A stretch of 64,000 nucleotides of DNA from the sequence record OQ427096.1. One strand, given 5' to 3'. Below are positions 51,189 to 61,600 of this stretch, piece by piece. The translations under genes were made by a program, and so were the position numbers. Positions within the stretch are counted from its first letter, which is position 1, and every line of letters starts with the position of its first letter. The notes beneath the pieces are model-generated. The model saw only the letters and a list, made by a program, of their open reading frames with translations. It was not told where the DNA came from and did no database searches.

Positions 51189-51434
51189 ATGGAGACATTA
51201 TTTTGGTTGGCAGTTACATTCTTGGGGCCACTTGTACTGGCCTTCCCGCCAGCATTGAAGAGGCTGGTGAACTACTACCGTTGGTCGAAAACTGTCTATG
51301 TTGAGGACCTGATTGGATATCTCTTCCGAACCCTTTGGCCAACTCTGATCCCGGCTATTGGATGGTTCGTTATGCCAGGACTCTACTTCGAAGAGTTCGT
51401 TGAACCGATTCTCAAAATCAAACTCAAGGGTTGA
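51189..51434 (+). CDS. Membrane protein (distant T.G..P family)
   Basis: Two hydrophobic helices; VEDL..LIP. Confidence 0.65.
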   Translation: METLFWLAVTFLGPLVLAFPPALKRLVNYYRWSKTVYVEDLIGYLFRTLWPTLIPAIGWFVMPGLYFEEFVEPILKIKLKG

Positions 51435-51436
51435 TC

Positions 51437-51808
51437 ATGTGGCCATTCAGTAGTCGCAAGGATGCGCAAATTCGTTCTCTTCATCTGGACCTGGCAAAGA
51501 AAGAAGGTGAGTTGTCCAAAGCACTGAAATCACATCTCGAAACTCTCGACAAGTACGAGAAGGGACTCAACTCCCAGATCGCGCTGCTTGAAGTGGTGAG
51601 TCGGTGGTCCAGACAACTAGACCGAGATAAGAGCATGAGTGAGACTGATCAAGGCTTGTTGAAAGTTGTACTGGAAGATTTCTCCAAGGCAATATCTGAG
51701 CATTGTCAGCACAAGAAATGGGTCAAGACTGATCGACCCGATCCAATGTTCCCAGGCGACTGGTATCACCAGTGTGAAGTCTGTGGCAAATTCGACTATG
51801 AGGTCTAA
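51437..51808 (+). CDS. Hypothetical protein with C-terminal Zn ribbon
   Basis: CQH..CEVC. Confidence 0.7.
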   Translation: MWPFSSRKDAQIRSLHLDLAKKEGELSKALKSHLETLDKYEKGLNSQIALLEVVSRWSRQLDRDKSMSETDQGLLKVVLEDFSKAISEHCQHKKWVKTDRPDPMFPGDWYHQCEVCGKFDYEV

Positions 51809-51817
51809 GGAAGAAAT

Positions 51818-52984
51818 ATGCGTAAGCTCGTAACCCTGCGTACTGTCGCAGAAATTGTTCCCATCGAAGGCGCGGATGCCATTGAAGTGGCGGTCGTCGA
51901 CGGCTGGAGCTGTGTGGTCAAGAAGGGTGAATTCAAGGAAGGCGATAAGGCCATCTATTTCGAGATCGATTCGATCCTGCCATACGGTGACGAACGTTTT
52001 GCCTTCTTGATGGCCCGTGGCTGCAAGATGCAGCCGACTGAGGATGGTGGTCTGCTCGAAGGTCATCGCCTGCGCACTATCAAGCTGCGCGGTCAGGTGT
52101 CTCAGGGTCTGCTGATCAAGCCAGATGTTGCTTTCTCTGACCCGACTCTCTACCTTCGTGGTATCAATGTCGCCGAAGGTCCGTTCCTTGACTACCGGCA
52201 TTCGGTTGAAGGCGAACTGAAGCGCATCTACTTCAACGACGAAGAGAACAATGACCTGTCGGATGTCTTCGGCGTCAAGAAGTATGAGAAGCCTATCCCG
52301 GCACAGCTCGCAGGAATGATTGCAGGCAACTACCCTGTGTGGCTGCCGAAAACGGATCAGGATCGAATTCAGAACTGCTTCGGTCGTGCACCTGAGGGCA
52401 AGTACCACGCCGAAGAGAAGTTCGAAGGCTCCTCAATGACCATCTACCATGATGGTGAGAAGCTTGGTGTGACCAGCCGAAACCTGGACCTCAAGCTGGA
52501 ACAGGAAGGCAACACCTTCATCGACGTCGCCAAGGCAAGTGGCATCTTTGATGCACTCACTGCGTGGATTGCTCGCTTCAATCAGGATGACTTCATTCCT
52601 CGCATTGCTATTCGTGGCGAGCTGATCGGTCCTGGCGTTCAGGGCAACATCTATGGACTGACGGCACATCGTTTCATGATCTACGATGTCTTTGCTCATG
52701 ACCATTACCTGACGCCTCTGGGTCGACATGTCTTCCTGGAAGAGTTCATCAAGCCGTTCGCAGGAAAGAATGTAGGCTATGTCCATACTCTGTTCACGAT
52801 GACTCGAGGCGAATACGCTACGAAGGAATCGTACAAGGAGTTCCTGGGCAAGGCAACAGGCAAGAGCATTCTTGCGGACACGCTGCGCGAGGGAATCGTC
52901 TACAAGTCAGACATCCAGCACCGCGGTGACGTGTTCTCGTTCAAGGCGATCAGCCCTGAATACCTGCTGGGCGAAAAGGAATGA
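51818..52984 (+). CDS. RNA ligase (DRB0094 family)
   Basis: N-terminal OB domain (PIEGADAIE..LRGQVSQGL), PKTDQDR, EKFEGSS, GEL, REGIV, SFKAIS. Confidence 0.93.
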   Translation: MRKLVTLRTVAEIVPIEGADAIEVAVVDGWSCVVKKGEFKEGDKAIYFEIDSILPYGDERFAFLMARGCKMQPTEDGGLLEGHRLRTIKLRGQVSQGLLIKPDVAFSDPTLYLRGINVAEGPFLDYRHSVEGELKRIYFNDEENNDLSDVFGVKKYEKPIPAQLAGMIAGNYPVWLPKTDQDRIQNCFGRAPEGKYHAEEKFEGSSMTIYHDGEKLGVTSRNLDLKLEQEGNTFIDVAKASGIFDALTAWIARFNQDDFIPRIAIRGELIGPGVQGNIYGLTAHRFMIYDVFAHDHYLTPLGRHVFLEEFIKPFAGKNVGYVHTLFTMTRGEYATKESYKEFLGKATGKSILADTLREGIVYKSDIQHRGDVFSFKAISPEYLLGEKE

Positions 52985-53145
52985 ACGAGCTTGTCGCATC
53001 TCTTATCCTCGGTGTCATCGGCTTTGTAGTCGGTGGCATCATTGGCACTATCTGGTTCACAGGATTCTTTCCTGCTGCACTGATTGGTCTAATCGTCGGG
53101 TTCTGTATCCTGTGGTGCCCGTGTATCTTAATGCATCTGGACTGA
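52981..53145 (+). CDS. Small membrane protein (54 aa)
   Basis: Entirely hydrophobic; ATGA overlap. Confidence 0.6.
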   Translation: MNELVASLILGVIGFVVGGIIGTIWFTGFFPAALIGLIVGFCILWCPCILMHLD

Positions 53146-53149
53146 AACC

Positions 53150-53602
53150 ATGGCTGATATCTTTCAAAGGGAAGTGATCGATTCGTTCCGCGGCGACCAC
53201 GAATTCCTCTCTAACTTCTATCGTGAGATGATGGAATACGATGGACATGTTTGGGCGACTGCGGAACACGCCTACCAAGCATCGAAATGTGCCAAACAGG
53301 ATGAGTATGATCTGTTCCTGAATCCTATGCTCACTGCAGGTCAAGCAAAGCGCATGGGTAGGCATGTGGACATCTGGAAGAACTGGGACTCAATCAAGGT
53401 GTCGGTGATGGTCAAAGTCATCGACGCCAAGTTCGAGGAAGGTACGCCGTTGGCAAAGAAGTTGCTTGACACGGGCGATGCAATCCTCATCGAAGGCAAT
53501 ACCTGGGGCGACAAGTTCTGGGGACAGTGCGACGGCGAAGGCCTCAACTACCTCGGAAACATTCTGATGCGGCGACGCGACAATCTGAGACTAAAACGAT
53601 GA
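53150..53602 (+). CDS. NADAR (YbiA-like) protein
   Basis: FLSNFY..EHAYQASK..AKRMGR..LLDTG..EGN.WGD.FWG..N.LG.ILM. Confidence 0.93.
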   Translation: MADIFQREVIDSFRGDHEFLSNFYREMMEYDGHVWATAEHAYQASKCAKQDEYDLFLNPMLTAGQAKRMGRHVDIWKNWDSIKVSVMVKVIDAKFEEGTPLAKKLLDTGDAILIEGNTWGDKFWGQCDGEGLNYLGNILMRRRDNLRLKR

Positions 53603-53790
53603 CCACAACGATCCATCACAATTTCGTCACCCACAAAGATGTGTGGCGCAAGGCAATTGAACTGGCGATTGAGAATTCGCCACCAAGGGATTATGATCAA
53701 GATGACGCTGGGTTCTGGCGCCATGAGCTCAAGGCGTTTGATGAAGCTTATGCTCAGCTCGAAACTCAGGACCTGATCCTGCTTCCGTAA
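53599..53790 (+). CDS. Hypothetical protein
   Basis: Coupled ORF. Confidence 0.65.
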   Translation: MTTTIHHNFVTHKDVWRKAIELAIENSPPRDYDQDDAGFWRHELKAFDEAYAQLETQDLILLP

Positions 53791-53818
53791 TACCACACGC
53801 CAACTCAAGGAGTTTGAA

Positions 53819-54013
53819 ATGGCAATTGAAGTGATCGGCAAAGACCCAGCGCAGTATCGTGAGACGACCTGTAGGAATTGTGCTTCGATTCTTCGTTTCG
53901 TTCTTGCTGACGTACAGAAGAAGCAGGTGAGCGATTACACCGGCGATACAGACACGGTCTATTACGTTCCTTGCCCTTGCTGTAGCAACCAAGTTAGCAC
54001 CCGAGGCTACTAA
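53819..54013 (+). CDS. Zinc-ribbon protein
   Basis: CRNC..CPCC. Confidence 0.75.
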   Translation: MAIEVIGKDPAQYRETTCRNCASILRFVLADVQKKQVSDYTGDTDTVYYVPCPCCSNQVSTRGY

Positions 54014-54237
54014 TGAGACTACTCTGCCGTCTAGGCATTCACAAATGGGGACAGTGGTCCAACCGTTGGTACAAGAAGTACATCATGCTTGACCCGTGGG
54101 ACTTTGAATGGACTGAATATCGAGTTCACAGAAGTCTGAAATGTTCAGAGTGTAATCATCAGAAAGATAAGTTTGTCGAGACCCTGACAGAAGTAGGGTC
54201 TGCGCTTAAAGGAACGAATCAGCCTACTTGGGACTGA
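54013..54237 (+). CDS. Hypothetical protein
   Basis: CRLGIHKW..CSEC. Confidence 0.7.
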   Translation: MRLLCRLGIHKWGQWSNRWYKKYIMLDPWDFEWTEYRVHRSLKCSECNHQKDKFVETLTEVGSALKGTNQPTWD

Positions 54238-54602
54238 TTCGCTGTTCCTAGTGCGGCAGCAAGTTCTGCCTTTGATGAGTCCAATGCGGTTGCGAGCTTC
54301 TCGAGCAGCTGTGTCAGCATCGTGTTTTGAATTCGGAGTTGCTGTTCTTTGGACAGCAGCTCTTTCACCTTTTCCAAACACTGGTCTGCCTCAGCGCCGA
54401 TCTTCATAAGCTCAGCTTCCATGTCCGCTTTCTCCTTGCGGGCATCGTCTCTTTGCTTGATCAGGTCCTCGATCAAGTTTCCTTCTGCACGGTCACGGAC
54501 CAGCTCTAGCTTATCGCGGGCGAGGCGACGCAAGAACATCGTCGCTCCACCTAGCGCGGCTACGACTGATCCGCCAATGATTGCAGGGGTGATTGGTTCC
54601 AT
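54219..54602 (-). CDS. N-terminal TM + coiled-coil protein (possible lysis-related)
   Basis: IIGGSVVAALGGATMFL then long heptad region; TAATG-coupled to 54853 ORF. Confidence 0.72.
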   Translation of the reverse strand: MEPITPAIIGGSVVAALGGATMFLRRLARDKLELVRDRAEGNLIEDLIKQRDDARKEKADMEAELMKIGAEADQCLEKVKELLSKEQQLRIQNTMLTQLLEKLATALDSSKAELAAALGTANQSQVG

Positions 54603-54853
54603 TACTTTAGGATCAGGTTGAGGACAATTCTCTTCCAGGCAGGAAGGTCTTTTTCTTCGTGCCACTGTCTATGGCTAACGAGGTCGCCTTTTGGAAATCC
54701 TGTTTCGATCACCGTATCAATGCGTCGGTTGATGGCTTCAATTGAGTTTCTTGCGTCATCAAGACGCTTCTCGAAGCTTTCGATCGACACCTGGACTTCT
54801 TGCACGATGATAAGGATCTGAGCCAGTAGGCTTTCGGATGCAGCTTGGTCCAT
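54602..54853 (-). CDS. Coiled-coil hypothetical protein
   Basis: Directly downstream of a minus-strand TATAAATA. Confidence 0.72.
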   Translation of the reverse strand: MDQAASESLLAQILIIVQEVQVSIESFEKRLDDARNSIEAINRRIDTVIETGFPKGDLVSHRQWHEEKDLPAWKRIVLNLILK

Positions 54854-54884
54854 GGTAGTCTTTAAGGGCGGATGGGTATCGCGA

Positions 54885-54892
54885 TATTTATA
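54885..54892 (-). promoter_or_regulatory. T4-type late promoter
   Basis: Exact TATAAATA on minus strand. Confidence 0.8.
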
Positions 54893-54938
54893 GAGAAACT
54901 TTACTGAACCGTTATATGCAGAGGTCGTGAAGGAAGTC

Positions 54939-54946
54939 TATAAATA
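54939..54946 (+). promoter_or_regulatory. T4-type late promoter
   Basis: Exact TATAAATA. Confidence 0.8.
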
Positions 54947-54977
54947 TCGAGGATATCGAATTGATAAGGATCGAGCC

Positions 54978-55514
54978 TTGATTAACCTAGACCAACTCTA
55001 TGCTCGCACCCCGGTCACTACTTTCACCGGCGCCGAGATTATCGCGGTCCAGAAGGATGGCGTGACGGGTGCATCTGTTCTGTCGACATTGAAGAACTTT
55101 CTGAAAAGCGGATTTGTTGCCAACGATGTGAGTGATGCAACGACTGTAGGCAAGCAGTTGATGAAGGTTGCATCCGTTTCGGCGGCAAAGACTCTCCTTG
55201 AAGTGCCTGAGCCAACTCCGGAGCCTTTGGCTCCTGTTTCACTGACTGCAAGCACTACCCTTGCAAAGACACACGCCAATCGCCGTGTCTTTGTGAAAGC
55301 AGCTGCAACCCTCACCACCAATGCAGCTGTAATCGCTGATACTGACACGTTCACCATCTACAATCTTCATACGGCTGCGGTAACGCTGACTCCGAAGAGT
55401 GGTGAAACTTTCCGCGTCAAAGGCACAGGATCAGCATCGACCTTTAGCATTCCTGCGAACACGAGTGTGCGAGTTTTCCTAATCGACGCCACCACTTGGT
55501 TCATCGAGAATTGA
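54978..55514 (+). CDS. Putative virion/tail-associated protein
   Basis: TTG start after AAGGA, downstream of late promoter; beta-rich T/A/V composition. Confidence 0.7.
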   Translation: MINLDQLYARTPVTTFTGAEIIAVQKDGVTGASVLSTLKNFLKSGFVANDVSDATTVGKQLMKVASVSAAKTLLEVPEPTPEPLAPVSLTASTTLAKTHANRRVFVKAAATLTTNAAVIADTDTFTIYNLHTAAVTLTPKSGETFRVKGTGSASTFSIPANTSVRVFLIDATTWFIEN

Positions 55515-55517
55515 TAG

Positions 55518-56156
55518 ATGGATGACCTAATTTCTCTTCCCGTAGTAACAGATGACTTCGACGGACAGACAGCTGCCCTCGACCAAGCCATCCGTGAGGC
55601 TGCGGTTGCATTCAATTTCAGCTATTTGGCAGACGCTCCTACATTTGAGCAGCTCTACCATGTTCCTGATCTTGTCTACAAACTTGTCGAACACTACACG
55701 ATGCGAGGCTTCATCTGCACCTACGATGGTGAGGCAGGTAAGCTAAAGATCGCATGGGATCACCCAAATATGTCCTGGCTCGAGGCGAGGGAAATTACTC
55801 GTGCGATCCCGGAAATGATCCCAAACCTCGGCATTGCCTTCCGTGCTGGTCTGCTCTATCTCTGCATGACCAACGGTACCGACCTGCGCGCCGAATCCGA
55901 CTTCACCCTGCAGACTAAGCTCGGAAAGGAAATCAAGGCTGCTGCTACTCTGGGCAACCTACAGCTTTCCTTCGGCTTCCCATCTGTGCCAGCTCCAGCT
56001 GTTCAGAACCTCTTTGCTCCTACCTTCCAGGTATTGGAAGACCAAGGCTTTGAGATCACCTACAGCGCAAATGCTAACATCTTCCTTTTGAAGTGGGGCA
56101 CAAGCATGGCATTGAACTTTGTATCTGGGCAAACACTCGAGGTTGTGCTGTCTTGA
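55518..56156 (+). CDS. Hypothetical protein with internal duplication
   Basis: Two AA..F..L...GF..Y....I.W-like halves. Confidence 0.75.
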   Translation: MDDLISLPVVTDDFDGQTAALDQAIREAAVAFNFSYLADAPTFEQLYHVPDLVYKLVEHYTMRGFICTYDGEAGKLKIAWDHPNMSWLEAREITRAIPEMIPNLGIAFRAGLLYLCMTNGTDLRAESDFTLQTKLGKEIKAAATLGNLQLSFGFPSVPAPAVQNLFAPTFQVLEDQGFEITYSANANIFLLKWGTSMALNFVSGQTLEVVLS

Positions 56157-56821
56157 AAGGTCTCGTAATCGGCAAGCCACACTCTGGCAACGTCTGCATT
56201 AGGTACCGTGAGGATGCGTCTTCGACGGACTTCCTGCCACTACAACCAAACCCGTCTGAGCCACCTATCGTCATTCCTATCGAAGGAACTGGCGATATGT
56301 TCCGTGCGATCTACGACAAGGATGCTAACGGTGTAGTTGACACAGCCGATGAAGTTCCTGTCTCGCACATTCCTGGCCTTCAGGATACCATCAACGACAT
56401 CTACAACCAAATTGGTTCAGGTGGCGGTGGTGGAGGAAACTCACAGGTCATCTTCGTAACCAACACAGGTGGCGAGACGTTCCTACCTGGCATGCCTGTC
56501 TGTAAGGTCGGTAGTTCCTACCTGCGTGCTCGCTCCACTGGTCCAAGACAGACATGCCTTGGCCTTGCTGTTGATGCGTCAAACCCAGGTGAACAGCTAA
56601 AGATTCAGCAGGCAGGTCTATTCACTCTGTCTCCTGAAAATTGGGACTTGGTTACCAATCAGGTTGGTGGCCTTGGCACGACGATGTTCTATTACGTGAA
56701 CATGGATTCGCAATTGACCATGACTCCGCCTACCGACTTCCCTGAGTACCTTGTAAAGGTCGGATACGCCTTAAATAATACTGACTTCCTGATTGACCTT
56801 GACTTGTCAATCAAACTATAA
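56153..56821 (+). CDS. Putative virion structural protein
   Basis: YDKDANGVVD; C-terminal domain paralogous to that of the 56831 gene. Confidence 0.72.
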   Translation: MKGLVIGKPHSGNVCIRYREDASSTDFLPLQPNPSEPPIVIPIEGTGDMFRAIYDKDANGVVDTADEVPVSHIPGLQDTINDIYNQIGSGGGGGGNSQVIFVTNTGGETFLPGMPVCKVGSSYLRARSTGPRQTCLGLAVDASNPGEQLKIQQAGLFTLSPENWDLVTNQVGGLGTTMFYYVNMDSQLTMTPPTDFPEYLVKVGYALNNTDFLIDLDLSIKL

Positions 56822-56830
56822 GAGACGGAC

Positions 56831-58567
56831 ATGGCAGACTTCAAACCCCTTAAGCTAGGCTCTAACAACGAGCTGACTCGCTTCCAGACCGGAGACAGCG
56901 TCGGCATTGACGCCGGTGGTACCGGTTCTACTACTGCGGCTGGCGCCCGTACAGCCCTTGGCCTTGCCATCGGTACGGATATCCAGGAACACAGTGACAA
57001 ACTTGACACGCTCGCAGCACTAGCTGGCACCGGATTCCTGGTTCAGGACGGCGCGAATGGTTGGCTTGCGCGTACCGTAGCGACGGCCTCTACAACTCGA
57101 CTGACTGTTACCAATGCGAACGGCGTTGCAGGCAATCCAACGTTCGACCTCGCCACAGTCACCGACAGTGGTACAGGTACTTTCAAGAAGGTAACGGTTG
57201 ACGGATACGGACGCGTAACTGGCACTTCTAACGTAACGACAGCAGACATCACAGCGCTCGTTGACTCGACCTATCTGAAGCTGTCAGGAGGATCGCTCAC
57301 AGGTTTCCTGACGCTGCATGCTGATCCTACGAATGCGATGCACGCGGTCACCAAGCAGTACGTTGATACTGTGATGGCGTCTGGTGGTATTCCTCCGTTC
57401 GCTCCTGCAAAGGTTCGTACCACAGCTAACATCACCCTAAGCGGTGCACAGACAATCGACGGCGTTTCGGTTGTCGCAGGTGATCGTGTTCTTGTTGCAC
57501 AACAGACTACTGCTTCCCAGAACGGTGTCTATGTCGTTGCGGCAGGTGCATGGACACGCGCAACAGACGCGGATCAGACTGCTGAGTTCTCTCCTGCACG
57601 TCAGGTATTTGTCCAGCAGGGTACACTCTATGGCTTCACCACATGGGGCGTTGGTAACACGACTGCTCCTGTCATCGGCACTGATGCAATCACATTCGTG
57701 CAGGTTGGTGGTGCTGCTCAATACACTGCAGGTAACGGTCTCAGTCTCACAGGTACACAGTTCTCTGCGGTGGGCGTTTCAGGACAGATCACTGTCACTG
57801 GTAGCGGCATTGGCCTTGCAACTTCGGGTGCAACGGCTGGTACCTACACCAAGGTAACGGTTGATACCTACGGTCGTGTCACTGCAGGCGCGACAGCTAC
57901 TCCAGCTGACATTGGCGCTCAGGCTTCTTCGACTAACCTCACCGCGCTGTCTGCCTACAACACAAACGGCTTCCTTGTACAGTCTGCGGCTGGCACATTC
58001 GTTGGTCGCTCAATTGCTGTGGCTTCGACTACCCGTCTGACCATCACCAATGGTAACGGAGTATCTGGTAACCCAACACTTGATCTGGCTACCACAGGCG
58101 TTACAGCAGGTACCTACAACAGCGTGACCGTTGACGTCTATGGTCGTGTCACTGCAGGTACTTCGACTGCTTCGGATCAGGTTGTAACCTCGCTGACAAA
58201 CGGCAACGCAGGTGCGATCGTCATTGGTCGTGCAGTCTACATCTCCGGCGCCAACACATGTGATGTGGCAAACGCCAACAACTATGGCACGGCAAGCGTC
58301 ATTGGTATCGCAACCTCGGTGACAACCGCATCAGGTGCAGCAGTGAACGTTGCTGTTTCCGGTGTCGTCACTGCAACAACTGCTCAGTGGGATGTGGTAA
58401 CAGGTCAGTCTGGTGGTTTGACCACAGGTGCCAAGTACTACCTCTCCAACACAACCTCAGGTGCATTGACCACAACTGCTCCAGTTACAGGCATCCTGGC
58501 TCCGGTTGGTATCGCTGTGAGCACAACCAAGCTGGCTCTGCGCCTCGAGCGAGTTGTTGTTCTCTGA
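56831..58567 (+). CDS. Fibre-like virion structural protein
   Basis: TLSGAQTIDGV..GDRVLV..Q..NGVY module; three VTVD.YGRVT repeats. Confidence 0.85.
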   Translation: MADFKPLKLGSNNELTRFQTGDSVGIDAGGTGSTTAAGARTALGLAIGTDIQEHSDKLDTLAALAGTGFLVQDGANGWLARTVATASTTRLTVTNANGVAGNPTFDLATVTDSGTGTFKKVTVDGYGRVTGTSNVTTADITALVDSTYLKLSGGSLTGFLTLHADPTNAMHAVTKQYVDTVMASGGIPPFAPAKVRTTANITLSGAQTIDGVSVVAGDRVLVAQQTTASQNGVYVVAAGAWTRATDADQTAEFSPARQVFVQQGTLYGFTTWGVGNTTAPVIGTDAITFVQVGGAAQYTAGNGLSLTGTQFSAVGVSGQITVTGSGIGLATSGATAGTYTKVTVDTYGRVTAGATATPADIGAQASSTNLTALSAYNTNGFLVQSAAGTFVGRSIAVASTTRLTITNGNGVSGNPTLDLATTGVTAGTYNSVTVDVYGRVTAGTSTASDQVVTSLTNGNAGAIVIGRAVYISGANTCDVANANNYGTASVIGIATSVTTASGAAVNVAVSGVVTATTAQWDVVTGQSGGLTTGAKYYLSNTTSGALTTTAPVTGILAPVGIAVSTTKLALRLERVVVL

Positions 58568-58590
58568 TACACAATCAAACATCGGTTGAT

Positions 58591-58622
58591 AAGGAAAAGG
58601 AGCCTAGTGCTCCTTTTCCTTT
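58591..58622. terminator. Bidirectional terminator
   Basis: AAGGAAAAGGAGC-CTAGT-GCTCCTTTTCCTT; AATAAATA late-promoter-like site follows. Confidence 0.85.
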
Positions 58623-58654
58623 GAATAAATATCGCTGTATTACAGGACAGAATA

Positions 58655-61600
58655 ATGGCCTCCATCAAGCCTCTTTATATCAATGCAGCAGGACTCGAGG
58701 CTCAGGCAGCTTCGGGCGACACAGTACCGGTTGATTACGGCGGCACCGGTCTTTCCTCTCTGACTGCAAACAGCTATCTTCGTGCGGTGTCAAGCTCAGC
58801 CTTTGAGCTCCGCACACCTGCTCAGGTTCTTGCTGACATTGGTGCGCTGTCTACCACAGGCACTGCTGCTTCGGCGACTATCCTTGCGACTGCGCGCACC
58901 ATCAACGGAACGAGCTTCAACGGCTCAGCCAACATCACAACCTCAACTTGGGGTACCGCTCGTACCTTGACGATTGGCTCGACGGGAAAGTCGGTAAACG
59001 GTTCTGCCAACGTGGCATGGAGCCTGACTGAAATTGGTGCTGCGCCCACTGTTCATACGCATGTATCTGCAGACATTACTGACCTGCAGACACAGCTAAG
59101 TGGTCGAGTTCAGCGCGGCACTCTTCAGTTGAATCCGGATGGTACAGCACCTGCCACATTCTTCAACGAAGTCTCTGACACTCTCGCACTCAAATATTCT
59201 AACAACTCTACAGGTTCCACAGGATACCCAACCGAGTTTGGTGCAACCCTGTCTGTGATCATGGAAAAGCAGTCAACACGTTCGTTTGACCTGCATATGC
59301 CAACCAACTCGGCTAATAACCTCTACTTCCGAGGCTATTCGTCGGCAGGTACACCAACTGATTGGAAGACCATTGGTGCCCTGCAGAATACCAACACCTG
59401 GACTGCAAAGCAGACTTTCGCCGGTGGTGTGAATATGGCCAACGACGTACTCCTTGAGTACGGTTCGGGCGGCGCAACAATCCGCGGCTCGTCCACAGGA
59501 TCAATTATCCTGGCATCAGGTGCCGCTGCAGGTGCAGGTATTCGCCTCCGCCCAAACGGTGACACCAGCCTCACTGGTCAGGTTGCCATTGACACTGATG
59601 GTATCGTAGTCGCAACTGGATTCAGCGGTCCTTTGACTGGCAATGCTACAACGGCTACCACGCTTGCTACTGCGCGCACAATCAACGGCACATCCTTTAA
59701 CGGATCAGCTAACATCACTACCGCTAACTGGGGTACCGCTCGTACTCTAACCATCGGTGGCACAGGAAAGAGTGTCAATGGCTCAGCCAACGTAGCTTGG
59801 ACCCTTGCTGAGATTGGTGCGGCGTCTGCTGACGACATGCTTTTGATCGGTGGCGACAACCAAATCGGTAACGGTAACTTCTACACAGGCACGGCTGCAG
59901 GTTGGTCGGGTGGCAGTGGTAGCATCGGAAGCGGAACTGCTGTTCGTTCTATCGTTGATAGCACTCTTGCGAGTACGGGTAAGGCATATCGAATGGATAT
60001 TGCCAATTTCCCTACCACAGGTTACATTGAAATCATCTCCAACACCAACGTCAAGATTGCTCGTGTTCAGGGCGGCGAAAGAGCTGTCGTCGCAGCATAC
60101 GCTCGTGGATCGGCAGGCGTTCGTGTCTTCCTACAAATCCGTTGGAATGATGAAACAGGCGCAGCTATCTCCTACACGGGTACACCTAACAATTCATCTT
60201 ACCTAACGTCCGAGACCTGGACAAAGTACACCTACAGTGCTACGGCACCTGCCAATGCTGTATCTGCAAACCTTTATGTCCGAGTCTATGGCAACACGGC
60301 AGCTGATCAATGGTTCGAGACGAGCCATATCTCAATGCAGGTTGGCAATGTAAGCACAGGCTATGCACCGTCCATTGATGAGCTGAGAAACGATTTCAAC
60401 AACCTGATTACCACTCCAAATGTCTGGAATCAATTGCAGACATTCAACGGAGGTTGGACTCTACCAAACAACAAATTCGGATTGATCGGTACCGGTGGCG
60501 GATCGATCCGAGGAACTGACACAGGTAGCGTTGTACTGTCTTCGGGCACAGGTGGCAGCGGTTTCATCTACGTTCGTCCTAACGGTGATACCAGCACCTC
60601 ATTCCAGACAGTGTTCTATGCCACAGGCAATGTGGACATGCCAACCGTTCGTGCAGGTGCATCTACTCCTAATGCCGCTGGCGCTGTAATGCTTGAACTT
60701 GTGTCTGAGCGCTCATGGCAGTTCCGTCAGCGCAACACAGGTGCGACAACTCAGCTAGAACTGTTTGATTTGACAGGAGCTAAGGACTTTGTCCTGTCCA
60801 ACACATCAAACACGAACGTCATTGTGATGAACCCGACCAACAGTTCGATCAGTGCAACGACGTTCACTGGAGCGTTGACTGGTAACGCAACAACTGCAAC
60901 AACTCTTGCAACTGCTCGTACAATCAATGGTACATCGTTCAATGGTTCGGCGAACATCACTACATCTTTGTGGGGTACTGCTCGCAACATCACAATCGGT
61001 TCGACAACTAAGAGCGTCAACGGTTCGGCTAACGTGTCTTGGACCCTGGCTGAGATTGGTGCGGTAGACGCATCAGGCTTTGTCAAGAAGGTCGGCGACA
61101 CTATGAGCGGTGACCTCACCGTTTCTGCGAATGTCAGTGGCCAGATGGTTCGTGCAGGTTTCTCTGCCGACCTTGCATTTGCTCAGGTCAGAACCCTTGG
61201 TGACGGTTCGAGTATCGTTTGGTGGGAATCTATCCTGAAGAGCTCAGGCGGACCGGGCGGCGAGTCTTGGTACCGTGCAAAGTCTCACGTATGGACGAAC
61301 GATCAGGGTAACATCAGTGCTACTCTGGACACATCAGGCACCTTTACCGCATACAATGTTCTTGCCGCAAAAAGTTTCTCTGTCACAGATGCAACCGCAA
61401 CAAGCTCGATCCAAGGCAACCTGTCTATCAACGATAGCCTAAACGCCAAGGGTGTGATGTATTTCGGTGGTAAGGTTGCTAACACCGGCAACAAGATCCG
61501 TATCCTAAACCCTGACACATCTACCTCTGTGAGAATTGACGCTGTAACTGCAGACGCATCTGCATTTGCACAGATGAACTTCTATGCATCACAGTTCACA

